DNA from: an uncultured virus (IMG/VR IMGVR_UViG_3300030107_004497)
Taxonomy: Duplodnaviria > Heunggongvirae > Uroviricota > Caudoviricetes > Crassvirales
Reading direction: 5' to 3' (one strand)
DNA: 64,000 bases
IMG/VR virus record: IMGVR_UViG_3300030107_004497
Of the stretch, positions 8,681 to 16,253 are shown one piece after another. A model generated the notes under the pieces. It did not search any database, was not told the origin of the DNA, and saw only the letters and a program-made list of their open reading frames with translations. Every line of letters begins with the position of its first letter. Within the stretch, counting starts at the first letter, position 1. A program made the translations under genes and the position numbers.

Positions 8681-8822
8681 AACGAGGTCGGGCAGGTGTG
8701 GTTCTACCGAGTTTCGGTAAGCCGAGTTTCGGTTTTTGCTTTATCCTGCCGTTCTGCCAAGTGAGTAAGATCACTATCTTATCATGTGTACACATCTCAC
8801 GCGCTACCACCCTCACCTCGTT
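8681..8822 (-). ncRNA. Multibranched structured RNA of unknown class
   Basis: Nested helices 8681-88/8815-22, 8691-96/8745-50, 8761-65/8796-800 plus four hairpins; GC-rich island in AT-rich DNA. Strand inferred from context. Confidence 0.6.
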
Positions 8823-8878
8823 ATTTATACCATATTCCGTACACTTTACACCCATGATGAGTTGTACATAGTAATTTC

Positions 8879-9025
8879 TTATCTTTTATTGGCTTTTCCT
8901 TTAGTAGGCTTTTGTCCCAATATTTTGGATTTTTGCTGTTTAGTTTTTTCTTTTTTGGCATATTCTTCTAAGTTTTTTTCTATATTATTATTATCTTTTA
9001 TAAAATATTCTATTATTCTTTTCAT
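8879..9025 (-). CDS. Basic hypothetical protein, 48 aa (MKRIIEYFIK...)
   Basis: Hand-translated; ATGA overlap with upstream gene. Confidence 0.55.
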   Translation of the reverse strand: MKRIIEYFIKDNNNIEKNLEEYAKKEKTKQQKSKILGQKPTKGKANKR

Positions 9026-9525
9026 GTTACATTATATCTATGTCCGTTAACAATTACTTTTACTTCTGGCTCTTCTTGCCAAACATGTAATTCTTTAGTT
9101 CGTTTTATCTCGTCTTCATGTTCCCACTTGGGTATAAACTCACCACTTGATAGTTTATTAGCATAACCTATGTAATAGTTTTTGAGACAAAAGCTTATTA
9201 AGTATTCCAATCTGTCTTGCTCATTAGGTATTAGTACACAGCTACGGCTTGTAAATTGAGTATATAATGGTCTACCCATACTATCTTTTCTACCTGAGTC
9301 AAAATACTCTGGTTCACCTTCACATCTTTTATTTAGTTGCCAACTCGGGCAATATCCACCTGCTTTAGTACGTCTTACATAACCACTAGCAAAACTAGCT
9401 ACATGTATTTCACCACCATATTGGTCTTTCACTGGTAACTTAAATTCACGCGTACCATTTTTCTTCTGTCTTTTAGTCGTAACTTCTTGGATATCAAGTA
9501 GTTGTAATGTTTCTTTTATATTCAT
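9022..9525 (-). CDS. Hypothetical protein
   Basis: ORF track. Confidence 0.75.
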   Translation of the reverse strand: MNIKETLQLLDIQEVTTKRQKKNGTREFKLPVKDQYGGEIHVASFASGYVRRTKAGGYCPSWQLNKRCEGEPEYFDSGRKDSMGRPLYTQFTSRSCVLIPNEQDRLEYLISFCLKNYYIGYANKLSSGEFIPKWEHEDEIKRTKELHVWQEEPEVKVIVNGHRYNVT

Positions 9526-9526
9526 A

Positions 9527-9718
9527 TTATTGTGCTATGTAAGTAAAACCTTTGTAATTGAACCAACTTGTAATATATGAGTTGCCTTCATTATCTACTT
9601 GACCAAATCTAGTGTCAGCAAGTTGACATATTGTATAAGGTTTATAAGTTATACCATTCAGTTGAATTTTTTGTAAGCCAGTAACTGTGTTTGCTTTTAA
9701 GAATTTAATTGTATTCAT
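9527..9718 (-). CDS. Hypothetical protein (probable start MNTIKF)
   Basis: ORF track; start adjusted to lie downstream of the promoter motif. Confidence 0.65.
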   Translation of the reverse strand: MNTIKFLKANTVTGLQKIQLNGITYKPYTICQLADTRFGQVDNEGNSYITSWFNYKGFTYIAQ

Positions 9719-9729
9719 ATTTTTATTTT

Positions 9730-9761
9730 TATTATCCATTAGTTATTGTATTTATTTTGTA
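9730..9761 (-). promoter_or_regulatory. Early promoter-like motif, copy 3
   Basis: Exact consensus spacing. Confidence 0.8.
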
Positions 9762-9762
9762 A

Positions 9763-9939
9763 TTAAGGCGTGATTATTTCTGGATTATCATGTACCATCC
9801 ACTCGCAATTAGCTAAATTATGACCAACACTAGTTAAAAACTCTTCTATTGATTCATAATCAGGATTCCAATTATCTTTACCTACTTCATATTGAAACAC
9901 TTTACCTGTTTCGAAATCTAATACTGTTATATATTTCAT
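9763..9939 (-). CDS. Hypothetical protein, 58 aa (MKYITVLDFETGKV...)
   Basis: Hand-translated. Confidence 0.65.
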   Translation of the reverse strand: MKYITVLDFETGKVFQYEVGKDNWNPDYESIEEFLTSVGHNLANCEWMVHDNPEIITP

Positions 9940-9954
9940 ATCTATTATTTACTA

Positions 9955-10164
9955 TTATCCTAACATTGTACCATAACCTTTACGACGAGTTAACTTAGCT
10001 ATGCGCGCAGCATCACTGCTTGACATAATCTGTATGGAATTTCCGGTTTTATGGTTTATAAGTGGAGCACAACCATATTGTTCGGTCGTGGAGCAGTTTA
10101 CACACACTTTGTAGCCAAGTTTAACTCGTTGCTTAGGTATTATATTTTTACATTTACATATCAT
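9955..10164 (-). CDS. C4 zinc-finger protein (DksA/TraR-finger-like)
   Basis: CKC..IP.QR...G...CVNC pattern. Confidence 0.6.
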   Translation of the reverse strand: MICKCKNIIPKQRVKLGYKVCVNCSTTEQYGCAPLINHKTGNSIQIMSSSDAARIAKLTRRKGYGTMLG

Positions 10165-10171
10165 TCGTATA

Positions 10172-10203
10172 TATTATCCATTAGTAATTGTATTTGTTTT
10201 GTA
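10172..10203 (-). promoter_or_regulatory. Early promoter-like motif, copy 4
   Basis: Exact consensus spacing. Confidence 0.8.
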
Positions 10204-10283
10204 TTACTCTTCTTCATATTCTTCACATAATTTACTTAATATCATTGCTGATATGTATATTAATACAAACCATTCACCCATAA

Positions 10284-10616
10284 TTATTCTTTTATTTCTA
10301 TTCTAAATGGACCAAGTTTACTAAAATACATATTATCTTTACTTTTTAATGTATCTATAGATGTTTTTCCATTTGGATAAGTTGTTATTACCACTCTATT
10401 TCTATCTATTTTGTCATATAACCATAAATTTAGTACATTATTTTCATTTATTTGAGTAAAAAATGATTTTTTATACTTATATTCTCTGATCAAGTGACCA
10501 GTTTTATAGTTCCATTCAAAAACTGTATTGCCTTTAATAGCAATTCTAGAAGTATCTTGCGCATTTGAGCACAAAATACTTGCTATCAATCCTATACTTA
10601 ATGTTATTTTCTTCAT
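10284..10616 (-). CDS. Secreted hypothetical protein
   Basis: Signal peptide MKKITLSIGLIASILCSNA-Q (Gln after cleavage is typical of Bacteroidota). Confidence 0.7.
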   Translation of the reverse strand: MKKITLSIGLIASILCSNAQDTSRIAIKGNTVFEWNYKTGHLIREYKYKKSFFTQINENNVLNLWLYDKIDRNRVVITTYPNGKTSIDTLKSKDNMYFSKLGPFRIEIKE

Positions 10617-10619
10617 AAT

Positions 10620-10826
10620 TTAGTCAATTTCATCACAATTCTCGCAATCAGGAGCATATTCTTGAGCAACTAACTCATAATATTCTTCTTCTGTTAAGTT
10701 TTCGTGTATTGCTTCTGTTTCTTCATAGTCATAATTACTTGAATAAGCTGGACAAGGTAAGTAATTAGTACTTGTACAACTTGTTAATCCGAGCGCTATT
10801 AACGCTATTCCTGCTGTTTTTTTCAT
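10620..10826 (-). CDS. Small lipoprotein
   Basis: MKK + hydrophobic stretch + LTSC lipobox; acidic mature part. Confidence 0.7.
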   Translation of the reverse strand: MKKTAGIALIALGLTSCTSTNYLPCPAYSSNYDYEETEAIHENLTEEEYYELVAQEYAPDCENCDEID

Positions 10827-10918
10827 AATTTTTTATTTAATTTAGTTAATATTCTGTTGTTCCGTTTTTTTCAGCTAATTCTTCTAGCCATTTATCAAAT
10901 TCTTCCATAATTTATTGT

Positions 10919-11191
10919 TTAATCTAATCCATCTCGGTGATTTCCTCTACTATCTGTAAAGCGAAGTCCACTCTTTTTCTCTAATTCTATCATATTAGCA
11001 ATAGCATTTGCCATTAAATCTTCTTCTGGTTCTACTTCATTTGACCATATTTCTTCAGCTTGTCTTTCAATATCATCTATTATATATGATTTGAAGAAAC
11101 CTAAGTGATGTTCTTGACCGAAACTATCTTCAACGTGAATACTATAATGAGTATTACCTTGATATTTATTTATACTGATTTTTCTAGGCAT
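10919..11191 (-). CDS. Hypothetical protein
   Basis: ORF track. Confidence 0.7.
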   Translation of the reverse strand: MPRKISINKYQGNTHYSIHVEDSFGQEHHLGFFKSYIIDDIERQAEEIWSNEVEPEEDLMANAIANMIELEKKSGLRFTDSRGNHRDGLD

Positions 11192-11335
11192 AATTTACTT
11201 GTTTAAATATCCACTCATAACATTCTGATTTACTTTTATGGCTGAATAGTATTTGTTGTGAGTGTGTCTGAAATACTATAAATAGTTTACCATTTTTTAA
11301 AAATTTTATCTTCATAATTTATTTGTTTACATAAT

Positions 11336-11367
11336 TATTATCCAATACTAGTTGTATTTAGTTTGTA
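11336..11367 (-). promoter_or_regulatory. Early promoter-like motif, copy 5
   Basis: Exact consensus spacing. Confidence 0.8.
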
Positions 11368-11496
11368 TTACTTTATAGTTAAAGTTATTAATTCAAATTC
11401 ATCATTAGTAATTAATCCACTTAATAAACCTAAGTATTCTGTACTAATATCTCTACCTGTTATTTTACTTTTTATCATCATAACTTTATATTTTTA

Positions 11497-11634
11497 GTTG
11501 TAGTGTGAGAATCGAACTCACATTAACCATTACTACATTTTGTCATTCGTATTATTTATACACATTAAATGTTACTCAACGCTGTGTTTATCGTGAATAC
11601 TAGAAGAGCTACAAATCCGCTAATATACACTACA
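11497..11634 (-). ncRNA. Second tRNA-like RNA (T-arm plus acceptor mimic)
   Basis: GTGAG-TTCGATT-CTCAC T-arm followed by ACTACA, which can pair with TGTAGT at 11532-37 or 11629-34. Confidence 0.5.
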
Positions 11635-11677
11635 TTGATTACAATTTCAAAGTAGTGATTGAACTTTTGCTTATTCA

Positions 11678-11920
11678 TTACACTAACTTTTTATCTCTCA
11701 ATACTACTGGAATATTGTTAGTTGCAGTGTAACTTTTGTATTTTTGAAAGCAAGCTAATTTACTTAATGTATCTTTCATAAGTGAATACACTTTGTCATG
11801 ATTATAAGTACAAGTTTTACCATTTTTAAAGTTAACTGTAATTACTGCATTTTTACCGATTAAAGATTTTCTTACTACGAATCTTTTACTTGTTAATTGA
11901 TTTTGATTTTTCTTTGACAT
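11678..11920 (-). CDS. Basic hypothetical protein, first gene of the left arm
   Basis: ORF track; downstream of a promoter motif. Confidence 0.75.
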   Translation of the reverse strand: MSKKNQNQLTSKRFVVRKSLIGKNAVITVNFKNGKTCTYNHDKVYSLMKDTLSKLACFQKYKSYTATNNIPVVLRDKKLV

Positions 11921-11959
11921 AATTTTGTTATTTAGTTATTAATTTATTTTAGTTATTAT

Positions 11960-11991
11960 TATTATCCATTATTAGTTGTATTTACATTGTA
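11960..11991 (-). promoter_or_regulatory. Early promoter-like motif, copy 6
   Basis: Exact consensus spacing. Confidence 0.8.
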
Positions 11992-12096
11992 TTAAAGTAA
12001 GTACTTTGTTTAGTTGTATTATGAGCTACCACTGCTACTCCGCGCACTCTCATTGCTCGCGACACAATTACTATTTATATTTAGTATTTACATTTA

Positions 12097-12128
12097 TATT
12101 ATCCAAATGATATTGTATTGCAATTGTA
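12097..12128 (-). promoter_or_regulatory. Early promoter-like motif, copy 7
   Basis: Exact consensus spacing. Confidence 0.8.
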
Positions 12129-12256
12129 TTAGTTGTTTATTAGTGTATACAATACAAATGTGAATAAACATGCATTAGTTATTAAATAAGTGTAGTTGAT
12201 AATTGTTTCGAAGTTTTTCATTTTATTATATTTTATATTGTTATTACTTACATTGT

Positions 12257-12288
12257 TATTATCCAAATTAGTTTGTATTATAATTGTG
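12257..12288 (-). promoter_or_regulatory. Early promoter-like motif, copy 8
   Basis: CACAA-N4-AATACAA-N8-GGATAATA (one mismatch). Confidence 0.75.
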
Positions 12289-12308
12289 AGTGCGAATGAC
12301 AGTGTAGA

Positions 12309-12340
12309 TACAGAATGAATACGCTCGAACGTGGATAATA
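12309..12340 (+). promoter_or_regulatory. Divergent (rightward) variant of the promoter motif, copy 9
   Basis: TACAG-AATG-AATACGC-TCGAACGT-GGATAATA; same spacing, three mismatches. Confidence 0.6.
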
Positions 12341-12425
12341 TGGATATAAAGAAAAACGGAAAACAAAACGACGGAAACGTGGACGAAGGAGGTGGGGCCC
12401 GTAAAACTTTTGCAATTCCCCAGGA

Positions 12426-12450
12426 GGGGGAGGGGTAGAGGGGAGGGGGG
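12426..12450 (+). other. G-quadruplex-forming tract
   Basis: G5-A-G4-TAGA-G4-A-G6, the only such tract noticed in the window. Confidence 0.8.
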
Positions 12451-12487
12451 CAACACGGTACCCCAAAATTTATAATATTTTTTTTTA

Positions 12488-12530
12488 TGACATTAGCCTA
12501 TTAAGAATACCTAGTAACTAGCTAGTGTCA
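12488..12530. promoter_or_regulatory. Inverted-repeat operator-like site, copy 2
   Basis: TGACATTAGC-N23-GCTAGTGTCA; shares TGACATTAGCCT.TTA with 5185-5200. Confidence 0.65.
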
Positions 12531-12596
12531 CACTCTCGCTTAAATATACTTTTTTACCTGTAATAATAGAAAGTATAGTATGAGAAAATAAAAGAG

Positions 12597-12824
12597 ATGC
12601 CTCAAAAATTATCACCATCAGCAAGGAGAAGGAAATTAGCTAGAGATTTAGCTTATGCTAAAACTCCTAGTAGAAGAGCTAAGAAAGCTGAGAATCAAAG
12701 ATTACGTAGAGCAGCTAAAAAAAGAGGTATAAACTTAGATGGAAAAGACTTCGATCATACTAGAAATAAATTTGTTTCCGTTAAAGCTAATAGAGGTGGA
12801 CACGGAAAAGGAACAAAAACATAA
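12597..12824 (+). CDS. Small basic protein with minimal HNH-like motif
   Basis: Arg-rich helix followed by DGKDFDH...S.KANR. Confidence 0.55.
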   Translation: MPQKLSPSARRRKLARDLAYAKTPSRRAKKAENQRLRRAAKKRGINLDGKDFDHTRNKFVSVKANRGGHGKGTKT

Positions 12825-12828
12825 GATT

Positions 12829-13689
12829 ATGCCAGATCCAAAAAAACTAATGAAGAAACAAATCCAGGATGACCCTGGTAGCAAGTACGATCCTAGCAAG
12901 GATTACGAAGGTCCTGAATTAAGGGATTTTACTGGAGATCCTACCACTAAAGGTACTCACTTTGAAAAACCAGTTAACCTAACTAAGAGCTCAGGTCTTG
13001 GTCCAAGAAGTTCTTTTGGTGGTGTTAACAATCCTGAGTTAACAAAAACTAAAGAAGGTAAACACAAAAAAGTAATGGTAGATGGACCTAAAAATAAAAT
13101 GCACCAAAGCAAACCAACTCAATATGCTCCATTTAAAATGGCAGCCGCTGATCATGGTAATAGTCCTATAGAGAAAAATTATGGAACACCTGCTCAAAGA
13201 GGTTTTAATGTCGGTGGACTTATAGGTGGTGTTCAAGGTAAACCACAAGCTAAAACTGGTGTTGGTTCTAGTCTAAACATGGGAGCATCTGTTGGTAGTT
13301 CGCCAAATAAATTTTGGAAAAAAATGAAAAAGAAAGCTAGAAAAATGCTAGGTATGGATAAAGTTGCTGATGTAATTAAAAATGTAACAGGAATGGGTGG
13401 TGACGATCCAGCTGCGGCTGAAGGAGCTGTTGCTGGAGTTGGTCAACCAGCGGAAGGTAGTGTACCGATGCATGGTGAAGAATCTCACACTGGAGGTGCT
13501 GGACCTGTCGGAGATGGTGGTAAACAGTTAGCCGCTTCAGGTGAAATGCCACAAGGTGCATCTATGATGGCTCAATATGCCCGAGCCCAACAAGCTCAAC
13601 GTGCAAAAGAGAAAAACGTGCTTGGAGGTGGTCCCGGAGGTACGATGTGGGGTGGAATAGGAGACATGGCGTCACGTGCAATGGTTTAA
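12829..13689 (+). CDS. Low-complexity Gly/Lys-rich protein (putative internal virion protein)
   Basis: Start MPDPK; contains PFKM...NSPIEK and SSPNK. Confidence 0.6.
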   Translation: MPDPKKLMKKQIQDDPGSKYDPSKDYEGPELRDFTGDPTTKGTHFEKPVNLTKSSGLGPRSSFGGVNNPELTKTKEGKHKKVMVDGPKNKMHQSKPTQYAPFKMAAADHGNSPIEKNYGTPAQRGFNVGGLIGGVQGKPQAKTGVGSSLNMGASVGSSPNKFWKKMKKKARKMLGMDKVADVIKNVTGMGGDDPAAAEGAVAGVGQPAEGSVPMHGEESHTGGAGPVGDGGKQLAASGEMPQGASMMAQYARAQQAQRAKEKNVLGGGPGGTMWGGIGDMASRAMV

Positions 13690-13700
13690 AAAAAACATAT

Positions 13701-15242
13701 ATGGCATTTAAAATGAAAGGACCAGGACTACCTGGATTTAGAAAACAACAAGGAACTGGATTTTATAAAATGAATCCTCTTAATAGCAAGAGATCTCCTA
13801 TGCTTCAAGGTGAAGATGATTCTGAATCTTCAGGTAATTGGGATGAGCATGGTTATTCTGACGCTGAGATAGCCAAAATGCAAAAAGAATATATGGATCT
13901 TTCAGAAGAAGAAAGAAAAGCAATACCTTTTGATCAATTTTTCTACAAAAACTATACCGAAAGACAAGGTGACCAAGTAAGAAAAATTAAAGAAACATTA
14001 AAAATAGCTAATATACCAGGTGATAAAGATGATGATTATGATGGTAGTGGAGGATATATGCCTGACGATGAATGGGAAGCGTGGTTAGAAACTGACCCTG
14101 GAAAAGAGTATTTGAAAAAATATGGTCCTAAACAAGTAGCGGTAAAAGATATAGATATAGAAGAAATAAATATCAAACCTAAAGATGATGTAGAGATGAC
14201 CAACTTTAGGATAGATTTAGCTAGAATAGGTATTGGTACTCATACTGTTAAAACAGACGCAGGTGATGGTTCTTATAGATACCGTGCTTCTGCTAGTGGA
14301 GAGTTAAACCATATAGGAACAGGACAACTATCAGCGGGTGATATACATAAAGGCGTGTTAGAAGGAAAATGGAAATACGAAGTGTTACCAGATGGAACAA
14401 GTACTGGTAATTTATTGATGAGTAAAAATTATTACGAAAACGTACATAAACCAATGGAAGAAATGTACGCGCGTGGTGCGGAGAATATGAATGCTCACGT
14501 AGCAAAAGTTAAAGATATAACTAGTTCTAGAACAAGAAACGCTTGGGTAAAACAAAAAATGGCTGAAGAATATCCTGAGATAAAAGAAAAATCTTGGTTT
14601 AAAGATATATTTGATGGTAAAAGAAACGATGGTGTTACGAAGCAATACGCGGATAAAAGAAACGAATTATCTAGACAATATATGGATGAGCATAGGTTTT
14701 ACTATGACGAAAAAGCAAATGGTTATCAAAGTACTTATGAAGATCCAGCTAACTTTGGACATGTTATGCCTAAAATACTTCCAGATGATGAGGGTTATAA
14801 ACATCATCGTATAGCGCAAGTGGTAAGACCACAAGATTACATGTACAACGAAGAAGAGGGTAAATACGTTTTAAAACCTAACGCTTTAACTTTAGATCCT
14901 CAAGTTTTCAAAAATTTAAGTAGCGAAGAGCAAAGAGAGCACAACGCGGCGTTAGACGCTAGAGATAGACAGCATTCTAACTTTAAAGAAATGAACTGGG
15001 AGGGACCACCAACACCATCGCATTATGCAAACGCTTCTATCTTGGAATATCAAAACATGACAGATGCAGAAAGAAACTCTGAAGCAGGTAGAGAACTGTA
15101 CAAAGACTTACTTTATATGACAGCGGTAAAGGAAAATGATTTAGAATTTAGAAAAAAAGGCAATATAGACACTGATTTTATTGCTGATTCAACTAATGTA
15201 GAAGATATAGAAATAGATGATGACGGAAACGTTATAAGATAA
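13701..15242 (+). CDS. Hypothetical protein with MAFKMKG leader
   Basis: ORF track; start adjusted to 13701. Confidence 0.7.
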   Translation: MAFKMKGPGLPGFRKQQGTGFYKMNPLNSKRSPMLQGEDDSESSGNWDEHGYSDAEIAKMQKEYMDLSEEERKAIPFDQFFYKNYTERQGDQVRKIKETLKIANIPGDKDDDYDGSGGYMPDDEWEAWLETDPGKEYLKKYGPKQVAVKDIDIEEINIKPKDDVEMTNFRIDLARIGIGTHTVKTDAGDGSYRYRASASGELNHIGTGQLSAGDIHKGVLEGKWKYEVLPDGTSTGNLLMSKNYYENVHKPMEEMYARGAENMNAHVAKVKDITSSRTRNAWVKQKMAEEYPEIKEKSWFKDIFDGKRNDGVTKQYADKRNELSRQYMDEHRFYYDEKANGYQSTYEDPANFGHVMPKILPDDEGYKHHRIAQVVRPQDYMYNEEEGKYVLKPNALTLDPQVFKNLSSEEQREHNAALDARDRQHSNFKEMNWEGPPTPSHYANASILEYQNMTDAERNSEAGRELYKDLLYMTAVKENDLEFRKKGNIDTDFIADSTNVEDIEIDDDGNVIR

Positions 15243-15261
15243 TATAGGGAAAGACCCTATA
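15243..15261 (+). other. Intergenic hairpin
   Basis: TATAGGG-AAAGA-CCCTATA; no U-tract. Confidence 0.4.
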
Positions 15262-15291
15262 CCAATAAGTTTAACCAATAAAACCAAAAAA

Positions 15292-15585
15292 ATGACTTAT
15301 TTATACTACAAGACGTCGAGTTCGACGCATACAATTAAACCGAATGAGAAAACTATCAACCAATGGAAACATTTAGCTGATAAAAAGAACTGGAGAATTA
15401 CACAGTTACCTAATGGATTTTACCAAACTGAGGTAAGTGATCCAGAAAATACTGAAAATTGGCACGATGTTACACGTAGAGAAACCATAGAAGGCGCAGA
15501 AGCTGCTATAAACGGTAGTGTTGAGCATTTCTCTAAAAAATTAGAATCAATTAAAGGCCCAAAAGTGGTAAAAACTTTTGAATAA
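15292..15585 (+). CDS. Hypothetical protein
   Basis: ORF track. Confidence 0.8.
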   Translation: MTYLYYKTSSSTHTIKPNEKTINQWKHLADKKNWRITQLPNGFYQTEVSDPENTENWHDVTRRETIEGAEAAINGSVEHFSKKLESIKGPKVVKTFE

Positions 15586-16237
15586 TTATGCCAAATGGGT
15601 AGAAACTATAGAGTCCACCACTGATTTAAACGGTGGTGGGCATATATTAGCCCCAATATTTGAAGGAGCATTATCCAAAAAGAAATTTAATACTGTTTTT
15701 GAATGGTGCGCTGGTCCCGCTTGGATAGGAATGTGGCTTTTAGAGCAAAAAATATGCAAAAATTTAATTACTGGAGATATAAATGAAAAATCAATAGATT
15801 TTGTTAAAAAATCTGCAAAAAAACACAATTATAATGTAAAAACATACGTTAGTGATAACATGAAAAGTATTCCTAAACGTAAAAAGTTTGATTTAGTGGT
15901 TTCAAATCCTCCAAATTATTGTAATATTCAAAAATCTCATCCTTTTGGGTTTTTAAGAAACGATATAAGACCTTCAGATATTGATTGGAAGATACATAAA
16001 GACTTTTATGAAAATATAAGTGATTATTTACACAAGGAAAGTGTAATGTATATATCAGAAGTAGATATATATAATGAAAATGTTTATTTTGACGGTGCTT
16101 TATATGATAAAAGACCTGAACAACCAATTATTACTTTTGAAAAAATGACAAAAGATAATAATTTAAAAATAAACAATATAATACCTTATTTTGTAGAAGG
16201 TATGAAGTGTTATTTATTAGAAATAAGTAAAATTTAA
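15578..16237 (+). CDS. SAM-dependent methyltransferase (HemK/NPPY-type)
   Basis: Motif I FEWCAGPAWIG, GDIN, and DLVVSNPP. Confidence 0.8.
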   Translation: MNNYAKWVETIESTTDLNGGGHILAPIFEGALSKKKFNTVFEWCAGPAWIGMWLLEQKICKNLITGDINEKSIDFVKKSAKKHNYNVKTYVSDNMKSIPKRKKFDLVVSNPPNYCNIQKSHPFGFLRNDIRPSDIDWKIHKDFYENISDYLHKESVMYISEVDIYNENVYFDGALYDKRPEQPIITFEKMTKDNNLKINNIIPYFVEGMKCYLLEISKI

Positions 16238-16253
16238 TTAAATTTAATCAAAT

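Noticed and set aside
8715..8740. GAAACTCGGCTTA resembling RNase P RNA CR-V, or GAAAC as a hammerhead core
   Set aside because: No matching GGAAAGUC P4 partner and no CUGAnGA core on the same strand.
8565..8871. ORFs 8565-8855 (-) and 8605-8871 (+) as proteins
   Set aside because: They overlap a promoter motif and nested RNA helices, and have atypical composition for this genome.
9953..9970. Partial promoter motif TATTATCC...TTGTA
   Set aside because: Spacer is 5 rather than 8 and the second repeat is absent; it coincides with a gene end.
6616..12340. Repeated motif as a CRISPR array
   Set aside because: Irregular spacing (about 140-1900 bp), gapped consensus, whole genes between copies, no cas genes.
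12268..12466. Two 62-aa minus-strand ORFs
   Set aside because: Pro-rich translations of the G-tract complement; non-coding hub more plausible.
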